A DNA stretch of 64,000 bases from Promethearchaeota archaeon (GTDB lineage: Archaea; Asgardarchaeota; Lokiarchaeia; Sigyniarchaeales; SOKP01): NCBI GenBank assembly GCA_016839555.1, contig JAEOUA010000003.1, forward strand, positions 256,001 through 320,000, read 5' to 3'. The notes beneath the pieces were generated by a model, which saw only the letters and a list, made by a program, of their open reading frames with translations, did no database searches and was not told the DNA's origin. Positions 31,672 to 41,865 of the stretch are shown piece after piece. Each line of letters begins with the position of its first letter. The stretch's first letter is position 1. The translations under genes were made by a program, and so were the position numbers.

Positions 31672-32712
31672 ATGGAAAACTTTAAGATTGTCACATTTGG
31701 CGAAATTATGCTTCGACTTTCTCCGCCAAATTATCAAAGATTTATTCAAGCTCGATCTTTTGATGCTATTTATGGAGGAGGTGAGGCTAATGTTGCTGTA
31801 TCGCTTGGAAATTATGGAATTAAGGTAGATTATGTAACACGATTACCTGATAATGAGTTAGGGGATGCATGTGTTAATTATTTAAGGCAATTTGGGGTTG
31901 GTACTGATAAAATAATTAGAGGGGGTGAAAGGATCGGGATATATTTTCTTGAAAAAGGTGCCTCGATTCGATCAAGTAAAGTAATTTATGATAGAGCCCA
32001 TTCTGCTATCTCAACTGCTGAAAAAGAGATGTTCAATTGGGAAGAAATTTTTGAGGGAGTAAACTGGTTTCATTGGACGGGTATTACTCCTGCTATCTCT
32101 CAAAACTTAGCTGATATCTGTTTGGATGCCGTAAAAATTGCTAAAAAAAAAGGAGTAATAGTTTCTTGTGATTTAAATTATCGTAGTAAACTTTGGAAAT
32201 ATGGAAAAAAACCTATTGATGTGATGGGGGAATTAGTTAAATATTGTGATATAGCTATAGGTAATGAAGAAGATGCAGAAAAAAGTTTAGGTATTACTGC
32301 TCTTGATACGGATGTTAGTTCGGGAGAATTGGATCCAGAAAATTATAGATTTGTTGTAGAAGAAATGTTCCTTCAATATCCAAATCTTAAAAAAGTAGCT
32401 ATCACTTTAAGGGGGTCAATTTCAGCATCCCATAATACCTGGTCGGGGCTCCTTTATGATGGAAATACGATGTTCATATCTCCAACTTATGATATTGATT
32501 TTATTGTGGACAGAGTTGGAGGGGGTGATTCTTTTAATGCTGGTCTTATTTATGGATTAAATTTTTACCCAAATAATTTGCAAAAAGCCTTAAATTTTGC
32601 CACAGCAGCATCATGCTTAAAACATTCAATTGAAGGAGATTTTAATTTGATCTCTAAAGAAGAAGTAGAAAAATTAATGGAGGGAGAGGTTTCAGGTCGA
32701 ATTTCTCGTTAG
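31672..32712 (+). CDS. kdgK: 2-keto-3-deoxygluconate kinase
   Basis: FGEIMLRL, GGGEANVA, VIYDR, DLNYRSKLW, DRVGGGDSF; divergent from eda. Confidence 0.92.
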   Translation: MENFKIVTFGEIMLRLSPPNYQRFIQARSFDAIYGGGEANVAVSLGNYGIKVDYVTRLPDNELGDACVNYLRQFGVGTDKIIRGGERIGIYFLEKGASIRSSKVIYDRAHSAISTAEKEMFNWEEIFEGVNWFHWTGITPAISQNLADICLDAVKIAKKKGVIVSCDLNYRSKLWKYGKKPIDVMGELVKYCDIAIGNEEDAEKSLGITALDTDVSSGELDPENYRFVVEEMFLQYPNLKKVAITLRGSISASHNTWSGLLYDGNTMFISPTYDIDFIVDRVGGGDSFNAGLIYGLNFYPNNLQKALNFATAASCLKHSIEGDFNLISKEEVEKLMEGEVSGRISR

Positions 32713-32842
32713 ATTAGTGATATGATAAATTTTCATATTTTAAGAAAAAATTTAAATTGAAATAACTTTATTTAATATTCCTCTAATGCTTTTTTATAAT
32801 GAAATTTGGCTAAATAACTAGTATAAAAACAATCTTTATTGG

Positions 32843-33703
32843 ATGAAAATGAAATTAAACAAACTGATAGTGAAAGAGAAATTAAAGCAATTTTTAGAGG
32901 AGGATTGCCACTTTAAAGATGTTAGTTCGGAATTCATTCCTGAGGACGCCATAGTAACAGCAAAAATTATGGCAAAATCTGAAGGATATATTTCAGGATT
33001 GGAAGTAATGAAAATCCTATTTGAAATGTTAGATGTGAATATCGAAATCAAAATAAAAGATGGAAAGAAGATTAAAAAGGGAGATATAATTGCAATATTA
33101 AAAGGAAACGCTAGAAACATTTTATTAGGGGAAAGAATAGGATTAAATTTGATAACTCTAATGAGTTCTATTACAACTACCACACAAAAATATAATAAAA
33201 TCATTAAAAAATCCGGAAAAAAAGTTAAAATCGCCTGTACAAGAAAAACTACTCCTGGGCTCCGTATGTTTGAAAAAATTGCAGTTGAGTTAGGAGAAGG
33301 AGATACACATCGCTATTCATTAGATGATATGATTCTTTTAAAAGATACTCACTTAGAATATTATGATGGGAATATTCAAAAGTTAATTAGGGATGTCAAG
33401 AAAAAAGCTAGCTTTTCTAAGAAAATAGAGATCGAATTAGAAAAAGTTGATGACGTACTGCTTGCTGCTAAAGAGGGGGTTGATATTATAATGCTTGATA
33501 ATATGACTCCAGAAGAAGTAAAAAAATCTATTGAGTTACTCAAGCAACATCAACTTCGAGACCGAGTAGTAATCGAGGTTTCTGGAGGAATTACAATAGA
33601 AAATATTTCTGATTATCTAATCGCTGAACCAGATATTATCAGTACGAGTGAATTAACCCTCCTACCTAGGGAAAAGGTTGATCTTTCTCTTAGATTTGAA
33701 TAG
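32843..33703 (+). CDS. nadC: Nicotinate-nucleotide pyrophosphorylase (QPRTase)
   Basis: TRKTTPG, HR, LKDTH, IEIE, IMLDN, EVSGGI. Confidence 0.94.
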   Translation: MKMKLNKLIVKEKLKQFLEEDCHFKDVSSEFIPEDAIVTAKIMAKSEGYISGLEVMKILFEMLDVNIEIKIKDGKKIKKGDIIAILKGNARNILLGERIGLNLITLMSSITTTTQKYNKIIKKSGKKVKIACTRKTTPGLRMFEKIAVELGEGDTHRYSLDDMILLKDTHLEYYDGNIQKLIRDVKKKASFSKKIEIELEKVDDVLLAAKEGVDIIMLDNMTPEEVKKSIELLKQHQLRDRVVIEVSGGITIENISDYLIAEPDIISTSELTLLPREKVDLSLRFE

Positions 33704-33727
33704 CAAATATAGATTTTTAATTCAAAC

Positions 33728-34402
33728 TTAGAGGTTTTTCAAGAAATTTCTCGGAGCATTACTAAATAACCCCTTGAATAATGCTTTGAATTTATCAAGA
33801 TTTTTATCATCCAATATATACGGATTTCCCACTTGGAGGGTGCCCCAGTAAATTTTTGCTAATTTTTCTACTAATTCCGCAAATTTTACAGCGTGATCAA
33901 TACTTCTACCACATACTATTGAACCATGATTTGCTAAAAGTGCCCCATTTTTATATGATAATGCATCAAGTGCTACTTTTCCAAGATCTTCGGTATGAGC
34001 TTCTCCGTATGAACCTATATCAATTGAGCCACCTAAAAAGACTAATTGCTCTTCCATTATGATTGGAATACCTTTGCGTAGAACTGACAAAATTGTCGCG
34101 TATGTAGAATGGGTATGAATTACTCCATTTACTTTATCACGAGCCTTATAAATAGCAGTATGCATTTTAGCTTCTGTTGAGGGAAGTTTTCCGCTACTAA
34201 GAGCTTCGCCATCGAAATTCATATGCACTACATCTTCGGATTTTAAATCTACATATTGATTAAAAGAAGGAGTAATGAAAAATTCATCCCTATTTCCGTG
34301 TCTAATACTTACGTTTCCTTCACCAGCCTCAACTAAACCCTTACTAAATATTGCCTTTGCAGCATTTACAACTTCCACACGAATTTGTGCTTCATCTGAC
34401 AT
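33728..34402 (-). CDS. Class II aldolase/adducin family (FucA/MtnB-like)
   Basis: GNVS, ITPS, PSTE...H, HTH, LANHG. Confidence 0.92.
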   Translation of the reverse strand: MSDEAQIRVEVVNAAKAIFSKGLVEAGEGNVSIRHGNRDEFFITPSFNQYVDLKSEDVVHMNFDGEALSSGKLPSTEAKMHTAIYKARDKVNGVIHTHSTYATILSVLRKGIPIIMEEQLVFLGGSIDIGSYGEAHTEDLGKVALDALSYKNGALLANHGSIVCGRSIDHAVKFAELVEKLAKIYWGTLQVGNPYILDDKNLDKFKALFKGLFSNAPRNFLKNL

Positions 34403-34611
34403 TTATTTAAACCAATTCTTTTTGTTTTATTATATTTTTAATCTATTCTTAATTAGGATTAGGTTTGATTTCCAATTAAATTTTATACTTTATCTACTAA
34501 AATTATTAAACTTTTAAGGTATAGTTATTTAAATTATAATTGGTATTTTTACACGTAGAATAATTTTAAGATAAGAAGTTGAATACTTAGCATTTAACAG
34601 ATTTATAAAGT

Positions 34612-35700
34612 ATGGATAGCTTCATTTTGCATGCTGATTTAGATGCATTTTTTGCATCGGTTGAAATGCGGGACAATCCAGAATTAAAAAACAAACCAGT
34701 AATTATTGGTGCTGATCCCAAAGATGGAAAGGGTCGTGGAGTTGTATCAACTTGTTCTTATGAAGCAAGAAAATTTGGAATTCATTCTGCGATGCCTATT
34801 TCAAAAGCATATCGTTTATGCCCTCAGGGTATTTATTTACAACCGAATTTTGAAAAATATTCTCAAGCTTCTAAACATGTAATGAGTATCTTATCCTCTT
34901 ATACGGATGAATTTCAACAAGTAGGAATGGATGAAGCATATTTAGATGTCTCTGATATTTGTAAATCTTTTAAGGATGTTGAAGTTTTAGCTAATAGAAT
35001 TAAAGATGATATAAAGACACAAGTGGGAATTACCTGTTCAATAGGAGCATCAATCACAAAATCAATCGCAAAAATAGCTTCAGATGAAAACAAACCTGAT
35101 GGGCTATGCATTGTACCTCCAGATAAAATTAAAACCTTTCTTTCCATGAAAAATATTACTAGAATACCAGGAATTGGGAAAAAAACTAAAATTTTTTTTT
35201 ATAAAAAGGGGATAAACAAAATTGGTGATTTAATTGATTTCCCATTACATAAATTGATGGATTTATTTGGAAAAAGTGGAAAATGGATTTGGAAAGTAAT
35301 AAATGGATTAGATAAACGAAAAGTAAAGGAATTTCATGAAGGAAGAAAATCTATTAGCAAGGAACGCACGTTTTATGAAGATACAAAAAATTTTGAATTA
35401 ATTTTATCAAAAGTAGAAGAAATAAATGAAAAGATTCACACAAAATTGCTTGAGAAAAAGATGAGTTATAAAACAATAGCCCTTAAAATTAGATTTGAGG
35501 ATTTCCAGACCTTTACTCGTTCAAGAACAATAGATTACCCTATTTGTGATAAGGATAAAGCTATCAAGATATTTCTGGATTTATATAAAGAATTCTCAAA
35601 TGTGGATAAAAAAATAAGGTTAATCGGGATTAAATTTTTCAATTTTGAGAGGACCTCTAAAATAAAACAAGAAACAATAATGAAATATATAAATGTATAA
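34612..35700 (+). CDS. dinB: Y-family DNA polymerase IV
   Basis: HADLDAFFASVE, SYEAR, MDEAYLD, AKIASD..KPDG, IPGIG. Confidence 0.95.
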   Translation: MDSFILHADLDAFFASVEMRDNPELKNKPVIIGADPKDGKGRGVVSTCSYEARKFGIHSAMPISKAYRLCPQGIYLQPNFEKYSQASKHVMSILSSYTDEFQQVGMDEAYLDVSDICKSFKDVEVLANRIKDDIKTQVGITCSIGASITKSIAKIASDENKPDGLCIVPPDKIKTFLSMKNITRIPGIGKKTKIFFYKKGINKIGDLIDFPLHKLMDLFGKSGKWIWKVINGLDKRKVKEFHEGRKSISKERTFYEDTKNFELILSKVEEINEKIHTKLLEKKMSYKTIALKIRFEDFQTFTRSRTIDYPICDKDKAIKIFLDLYKEFSNVDKKIRLIGIKFFNFERTSKIKQETIMKYINV

Positions 35701-35776
35701 TCTATTAATGAAGAATTATTAGATCTTTCTAATTAATATGAAAAATTTTTTTCCATTTCAAAAAAATATTTAGGCG

Positions 35777-36391
35777 TTATTTTTGCCACTTTTTTAGAAA
35801 GTTTTGAGCTGCTTTTTTAGTTTTTGGACTATTATTATTTATTTGATTATTCACGAATTTCAAAATCTCTTCTTTATTCTCAGCATCTTTGAAGTATTCA
35901 TCGAAAGATTCAATAATATAACTTTTTATCAACTCTTTTTGCTTTCCACTATGAAGCTTATCTATATTCAATAGCTTCTCAGTAATTATGTTTCTTAAAT
36001 CTATTCTTTTTTTTGCTATCTTCCCCGAATTTTTTGCCACTTGTGCGGGAACAATAGTTTTTTCACTTTTAAATAAACTAAAATACTCATTAAATATTTC
36101 ATCAAATTTTTTATCTGGATCTGAACAAGCTAAATTAGCAATAATATTTATTGCTATATTTTGATGATAAGTATTTGAACTCTTAAGCATTTGGATAAAG
36201 TAGTTGAACTCAGAATATATTACTTCAGGATTTTCTTTACTAATATAATTTAAAACGTAAAATGAATTCTCTCTTATTGTTGATTCTTTATTTAGAATTC
36301 CCTCCAGCAATTCTGAAAGAATTTTTTTATTAGAGATTGCTTTTTTTCCAATTTTTTTGATATCGATATTCTTTTGATTTAATTTAAGCAT
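35777..36391 (-). CDS. Hypothetical HEAT/ARM-like helical repeat protein
   Basis: 204 aa all-helical pattern (IRENSF...NIIANLA...KTKKAAQNF). Confidence 0.6.
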   Translation of the reverse strand: MLKLNQKNIDIKKIGKKAISNKKILSELLEGILNKESTIRENSFYVLNYISKENPEVIYSEFNYFIQMLKSSNTYHQNIAINIIANLACSDPDKKFDEIFNEYFSLFKSEKTIVPAQVAKNSGKIAKKRIDLRNIITEKLLNIDKLHSGKQKELIKSYIIESFDEYFKDAENKEEILKFVNNQINNNSPKTKKAAQNFLKKWQK

Positions 36392-36577
36392 AATTATTAA
36401 TAATTAAGATTAGGTGGTTATACTTTTTTAATAATATTTAAGGTATTTCTATTAAGAAACTAAATGTTGTGTTAATATTAAACCATTTCTAGTCTTGGTT
36501 TTTTTTTAATAGAAAGAAAAAAGCTTATCTATTAATAAAAAAGTTATATTAAAAAAAAGATATAAAAATAGGGATAA

Positions 36578-37036
36578 TTATGGAAGTTTAATTATTTGTT
36601 TTCCCATTACTATATGATAAATCTCATTAAAAAGTTTTGGACCTTCTGCGAGTATTTCATAATCCAATTTTTCAAATAAACCTTGGGCACTTTTTCGAGC
36701 ATTAAGTTTTATATATTGAATGCCTAATCCAATTGAATATTTTTCTATATACTTCAATAAACTTTTTCCAACATTTTGCCCTCTATATTCTTCCTCCACT
36801 GCTAAAAACCTAATCTGTCCTTCATGTTCATTGCATGTATGATAACGAGCGGTTCCTACTATTTTTTCGTTTATTACTGCGATAAAATGATGTACTCCAT
36901 TATCTTTACCATCTTTTTCATCTTTTTCAGATCCTTTCGGTTGGTTCCAGGGTTTTCTTAATACTCTCCACCTAAGATCATACATACTTTCAAATTCTTC
37001 TTCAAGGCAAGGCTGTCGTATAACAATATCTTTCAT
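36578..37036 (-). CDS. GNAT family N-acetyltransferase
   Basis: LRWRVLRKPW, AVEEEYRGQNVG acetyl-CoA motif, LNAR. Confidence 0.92.
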   Translation of the reverse strand: MKDIVIRQPCLEEEFESMYDLRWRVLRKPWNQPKGSEKDEKDGKDNGVHHFIAVINEKIVGTARYHTCNEHEGQIRFLAVEEEYRGQNVGKSLLKYIEKYSIGLGIQYIKLNARKSAQGLFEKLDYEILAEGPKLFNEIYHIVMGKQIIKLP

Positions 37037-37219
37037 TTTTAATAAGAAAGTGTTTATTATATATTACTACTCCTTATTTTATTTATTATTTACTATTTCC
37101 TTTAAAAATTGGTAAATTCAGTTTTTTCAATGTTTTCTTCTTATAAGGTTCCAAAAATAAATTATATTTTTTTTTCTTTCATTAAAATTTATTAAAGAAG
37201 AATTAATTTAATTTATCAA

Positions 37220-37993
37220 ATGTTATTATTTGAATTACAAGGAACTGAAGAGCGATTCTTGAATTTTGTGGGATTAATTTATGAATCTGTGATAATTACT
37301 ATCGCAGTATGTCTTTTAATTTTAATTTATCTAAAATATCGTGAAAAACGCCACGAGCTTACCTTGTATTTATTCATAATTTTCATACTTTATAACCTTG
37401 GGATCTTGTTTTCTTGGATGTCAAAACTTTTCGTCGTGTTAAAATTAGATACTGTAGTGGGAGGGTATACGCCATTTGGGTTCATTTTCTACAGAATCAT
37501 GAGCTTCAGAATAAGTGAATTGATGATTTGTATCGCAATTTTTTTATCCTATATTTTGAAGGTAAAACTATTTCACAAGGGATATTATAATACAGTTCAT
37601 AAATACATAGTTATAATCTTTGGTACATTTACTTCGATTTATGTTTTCTTTTTTTATCTCTATGAAGATACCAGTTTTGCTGTGTTATTAGACACAATAG
37701 CATTTTTACTGACCTCTATATTTATGGGAATGGTTTATTTCCCATTTTTTTACCGGTCATTTGAAGCTTATAAAACAGTGAAGGAGAAGCAATATAAGAA
37801 AGCCTTTCTTTCGCTAGGGATTATGTCGATTTGCTATATTCTTATCTTTGTAAACTTTTTTCTCGATAGATTATTAATTTTATTACTAGAAATACCTGGA
37901 TTCACTCCATTTTATTATTTAGCATGGATAGTTGCTATTGTGGCGATAGCAGGCGCATATTTTGGCTATATACGACCAAAAGCAGAAGAATAA
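37220..37993 (+). CDS. Stand-alone 7-TM membrane protein (putative receptor)
   Basis: Seven hydrophobic helices, basic loops after TM1 and TM5, C-terminal GYIRP. Confidence 0.7.
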   Translation: MLLFELQGTEERFLNFVGLIYESVIITIAVCLLILIYLKYREKRHELTLYLFIIFILYNLGILFSWMSKLFVVLKLDTVVGGYTPFGFIFYRIMSFRISELMICIAIFLSYILKVKLFHKGYYNTVHKYIVIIFGTFTSIYVFFFYLYEDTSFAVLLDTIAFLLTSIFMGMVYFPFFYRSFEAYKTVKEKQYKKAFLSLGIMSICYILIFVNFFLDRLLILLLEIPGFTPFYYLAWIVAIVAIAGAYFGYIRPKAEE

Positions 37994-38116
37994 TAAAATA
38001 ATTTTTAATTTTTTTTTTAATTAAATTTTTAGGGATAGATTATTTTGTTATTCAATATATATATTCATAATTCAACATCGTAGTAAAGTCGCACAGTAGT
38101 TTTTTTTAGTAAAGAT

Positions 38117-38527
38117 ATGGTAAAAGTAATACAAGACATTTGGATATTGGATAAGGCAGGAATAGTGGTATTCCATAGAACATTTGATAAAAATTTAGAT
38201 GTACAGTTGTTCGGCGGATTAATGTCAGCACTTAATTCTTTCGCTGAGAATTTATCCGAAGAGGGACTAACCAGTTTCGAATTATCGCAAAAAAAATTTG
38301 CTATAGTTCAAAAAAATGAATTTTTATTTATAGGAAACGCAAAAAATAAAACAAAAGAAAGGGAAATTTTTAGGGAGTTGGAATCGATCAGTGAAAAATT
38401 CTTTGAATTATATTCTGAGATATTTGAAACCTGGCAAGGAGATATTACATTATTCCAAAATTTTGAGGATGAAATAGAAGACTCCCTTGAGGGTACAATC
38501 GAGCGGTTTAAAAAAGCTTTCTGGTAG
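38117..38527 (+). CDS. Longin/sigma-like (profilin-fold) domain protein
   Basis: IWILDKAGIVVFHR...LFGGLMSALNSFA...L..I.EKFFELY pattern typical of Asgard longin-like proteins. Confidence 0.75.
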   Translation: MVKVIQDIWILDKAGIVVFHRTFDKNLDVQLFGGLMSALNSFAENLSEEGLTSFELSQKKFAIVQKNEFLFIGNAKNKTKEREIFRELESISEKFFELYSEIFETWQGDITLFQNFEDEIEDSLEGTIERFKKAFW

Positions 38528-38571
38528 GTAAAATCAAAATTTTTTTTGCATTAATTTTTTTGCTAAATTAA

Positions 38572-39039
38572 TTATATTTCACCGCAACCTTCACATGTAT
38601 ATTTAAAGAAGTTAGCGTCTCTTACTTTTTCTATTTTTTTAACCTCACCTAACAAATCATTTAAATTAATTGTATTAGAATCTGTTATTGAAAAGAAAAT
38701 CCCAAAAAAACAGAGATCTTTGCTCTTACAAAAGCCTGTTGAAGTTATAATATTATTTACCTTGTTTTTTATAATTTCGAGACATTTATGTAATAATTCT
38801 GGTAATATCACGGGTGTTTCTACTTCTAATAGATAAACAGGTTCTGATTTGGTAGGATATAAGGAGAGATGAACATGATTTTCATGTCCATGTCGCTCTT
38901 CCTCAGGTGAAATTGTTAAAAAATAGTATGGATAATCCTTGACATTTAATTTCTCTGCTACCTTTTCAGGAAGTTTCCATTTTAGTATAGCATCTTTATC
39001 GTATAATTTACCTTGGAAAAATTTAATTATGTTGCTCAT
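38572..39039 (-). CDS. Hypothetical protein with His/Cys clusters and ACT-like C-terminal half
   Basis: HGHENHVH, STGFC...C, terminal CEGC. Confidence 0.6.
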   Translation of the reverse strand: MSNIIKFFQGKLYDKDAILKWKLPEKVAEKLNVKDYPYYFLTISPEEERHGHENHVHLSLYPTKSEPVYLLEVETPVILPELLHKCLEIIKNKVNNIITSTGFCKSKDLCFFGIFFSITDSNTINLNDLLGEVKKIEKVRDANFFKYTCEGCGEI

Positions 39040-39180
39040 TGAACAATATAAATTTTTATAGATTAAAAATCTAATTTTTGAAGAAGTTCTATTCTTAAAA
39101 GTGGGAATAAACTATTTTATGATCTTATATTTGTTTAATGCCCTTTAAATTTAAGATTTTTCTCTCAGAAAAGAGATTAT

Positions 39181-39984
39181 TTATTTTTCATTATCCTTAA
39201 TCGGAGGAAATAATCCTGACCCTAATTCTACGATTTGAGATCCTATTTTTAACGGCGCTTGAGTTCCAAATTTCAAACTTTTCTTTATACTATATAGAAA
39301 TTTTGGTGACAAGGAACTTATTTTCTCCATGATCTTTAGAATAAAATCCTCAAACTCGTCATTCTCTACGAGAAAATGAACATATCCCCATTGATACATT
39401 TGCTCTGCGCTGATTCTCTCACCAAAAAATAGCATACGAGTCGCTCTTGCTAATCCAATGTTTCTTGCCATACGTTGAGTACCTCCACCAGCAGGGAAAA
39501 TCCCCCTTAATATTTCAGCAAATCCAAAGGTAGAGCGTTTACTGGCAATGATGATATCACAAACAAGTGAAAGCTCACAGCCTCCACCTAGCGCATATCC
39601 GTCTATGGCACCAATGAGCGGCTTAGGAAATTGTTCTATCATATTAAATCTGTTATGAAAGAGATACATTGCATAAGTCATATGAATTGGAATATTAGGC
39701 TTAATACCGGGTTTAAAAGGGCTAGTTAAATCAGCCCCAGTTGAAAATGAAGGTTTTTTAGTAAAATCTTTTGTTCCTCTTAGCATCACACATTTTATTT
39801 CAGATTTAAGCTCCATAGAATTTAGCGCAACAACAATTTCCTCTAAAGTCTGAACCGTTATTGCATTTAATTTGTCTGGACGATTTAATGAAATTATCGC
39901 ATAATTTCCGGGAATATTTCCACCACTTGATTCCGGAAATTCAATCTTTATATGCTGAAATTGAATTTTTTCCATCAAAAACAA
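39181..39984 (-). CDS. Enoyl-CoA hydratase/isomerase
   Basis: LNRPDKLNAI, FSTGADL, GYALGGGCEL, FAE..RGIFPAGGGTQR. Confidence 0.93.
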   Translation of the reverse strand: MFLMEKIQFQHIKIEFPESSGGNIPGNYAIISLNRPDKLNAITVQTLEEIVVALNSMELKSEIKCVMLRGTKDFTKKPSFSTGADLTSPFKPGIKPNIPIHMTYAMYLFHNRFNMIEQFPKPLIGAIDGYALGGGCELSLVCDIIIASKRSTFGFAEILRGIFPAGGGTQRMARNIGLARATRMLFFGERISAEQMYQWGYVHFLVENDEFEDFILKIMEKISSLSPKFLYSIKKSLKFGTQAPLKIGSQIVELGSGLFPPIKDNEK

Positions 39985-40126
39985 TCTCTATTAATCTTCA
40001 AGTTATTAATCTAATTTTTAGAGTGTTATTAAATATAACTATACTAATGTAAATATACATAAAAATATCAGTTATCAAAATTAAGAAAGAATATCAAAAT
40101 ATTATAATAAAAAAAAGGATAAAAAA

Positions 40127-41692
40127 TTAAGATGCTTGGTAGCGTGCATTGCCATTCATGATCTTACCATTTAAAATCATATCATTGGCCTGCATGCCTG
40201 CTAATAATGCCCCAAAAACGCCATGTACAAATTTAGGATTAAATAATCCTTTTATAGGAGTTCTCATCTTTAGACGTGTTCTTCCAAAATTATCCGTATA
40301 TGGAGCCATTCCGTATATCGAACCAGTTGGGGAAGCTGAATAACGTTTATAAGTCGCTGGAGTAGAGACGTCCATCACTAAAATATGTTTCGAAAGTTCG
40401 GGTATCATGTATTTTTCGACTTTATCAATAAAGAATTTCGCCCACTTTTCTTTTCTCTCATTATATTTTTTTCTATCTTTCTTACGTAATTCCTCCCAAT
40501 CACCCAAAGCCATAGGAGTTATCCTAATAGTGAGGTTTGGTCTACCACCTGTGGTAAGGGAGGGACAAATAACACCAACATGGAATATTTGATCACTAAA
40601 TCCTATTTCTCCCCTTTCATATGCATCAAATAATCGATCATACGAGTCTCCTCCAGTGGTTAATACATTATACCCGCAATCTAATCCTAAAGCTTCGAGA
40701 TCGATTTTATCATCAAGTCCTAAACTTACATTCATGGAAGATGTAGACATTTTTACTTCTTCCACTTTTTGTGCATATTTCTTATCTAATCCTCGAATAA
40801 TGTCTAAACCAATCATTTTTTCCATGAGTAGTTTTGTATCGGCGGTATTAATCACATAATCCGAAAAGATTTGTTCTCCTCCTTCTGTTTCAACGCCTTT
40901 TACTTGATCACCCTCAACTAGAATTTTCTTTACTTCCGTTTTTAACATTAATTCTCCTCCCAATTCTTTAAAATGTTCCTCAAGTTTGTTAGAGAATTCA
41001 ATAAAAGGGCCTTTGGTGCGAAAAGTTCCATCCAATAAAGAATTCATAGCTGAGAGAGGTACTATTGCCGCAACGCGTTCGGAAGGTAGCGCAGCAAATT
41101 CAGCAAATACGTTAAATATTTCTTTAACATTGGGTTCTGTAATGTTAAATTGATCGAAATATTCCGCGAATGTTTTACTCCCATTCTTTATAATCTTTGG
41201 ACATGTGAATAAAAGTTTTAAAATATCGACAAATTTAAGCTCCATCTTAAGTTTAAACAATTCTAAATACATCTCTCTCGAATAATCTAAAAATTTCTCA
41301 ATTTGTGAAGCATTACTGGGATATTTTTCCATTAAATAATTCTTAAAAGTTTCCACACCTGAGGGTAATTCTAATAGTTTCACTTCATCTGTATCCGGAT
41401 TTACATGAAAAATTCTCATGTAATAACCCTTAAATTTTTTAAACTCCATATCAATTCCAAGATACTCCAAAATATCCGAGATATTTGGAAGCATTTGGCA
41501 AGTATCAAACCAATAGTCTTCTCGCTCATAAGAAGTAACGAACCCTCCCGTTTTGGGATTCTTCTCAATAATCAGAACAGGATCTTTTTTTACGTCATTA
41601 TTTATTGCCCATGTTATACCAGCACTTAATCCCGAGATTCCACCACCTATAATAATTAAACTCTTCTTATTTGTTTCTGTCATGAATAACAC
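40127..41692 (-). CDS. Phytoene dehydrogenase/carotenoid oxidoreductase family FAD protein
   Basis: IIGGGISG, EK..KTGG, STPATY.RY...GSIYG, TPIKGLF. Likely start ATG 41683. Confidence 0.85.
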   Translation of the reverse strand: MLFMTETNKKSLIIIGGGISGLSAGITWAINNDVKKDPVLIIEKNPKTGGFVTSYEREDYWFDTCQMLPNISDILEYLGIDMEFKKFKGYYMRIFHVNPDTDEVKLLELPSGVETFKNYLMEKYPSNASQIEKFLDYSREMYLELFKLKMELKFVDILKLLFTCPKIIKNGSKTFAEYFDQFNITEPNVKEIFNVFAEFAALPSERVAAIVPLSAMNSLLDGTFRTKGPFIEFSNKLEEHFKELGGELMLKTEVKKILVEGDQVKGVETEGGEQIFSDYVINTADTKLLMEKMIGLDIIRGLDKKYAQKVEEVKMSTSSMNVSLGLDDKIDLEALGLDCGYNVLTTGGDSYDRLFDAYERGEIGFSDQIFHVGVICPSLTTGGRPNLTIRITPMALGDWEELRKKDRKKYNERKEKWAKFFIDKVEKYMIPELSKHILVMDVSTPATYKRYSASPTGSIYGMAPYTDNFGRTRLKMRTPIKGLFNPKFVHGVFGALLAGMQANDMILNGKIMNGNARYQAS

Positions 41693-41865
41693 CTTCCTTT
41701 TTTTAAATATACGATAAAAGAATATATAAAGCTTTACAATTAAAGAAAAAATTATTAATCATATTTCTGAAAATAGGAGGAAAATATTAAGCAATCAAGA
41801 AAGAATAAATAAATTTTCAAAATAAGTTGTTCTTTACAAACTTTATATTGAATAATTCAAATTTA

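Noticed and set aside
30233-37993. Rhodopsins or true GPCRs for the two 7TM proteins
   Set aside because: No TM7 retinal Lys and no DRY or NPxxY motifs; only the helix count is supported.
40127-41692. Carotenoid biosynthesis cluster
   Set aside because: Single CrtI-superfamily gene without crtB, crtE or crtY; substrate not inferable.
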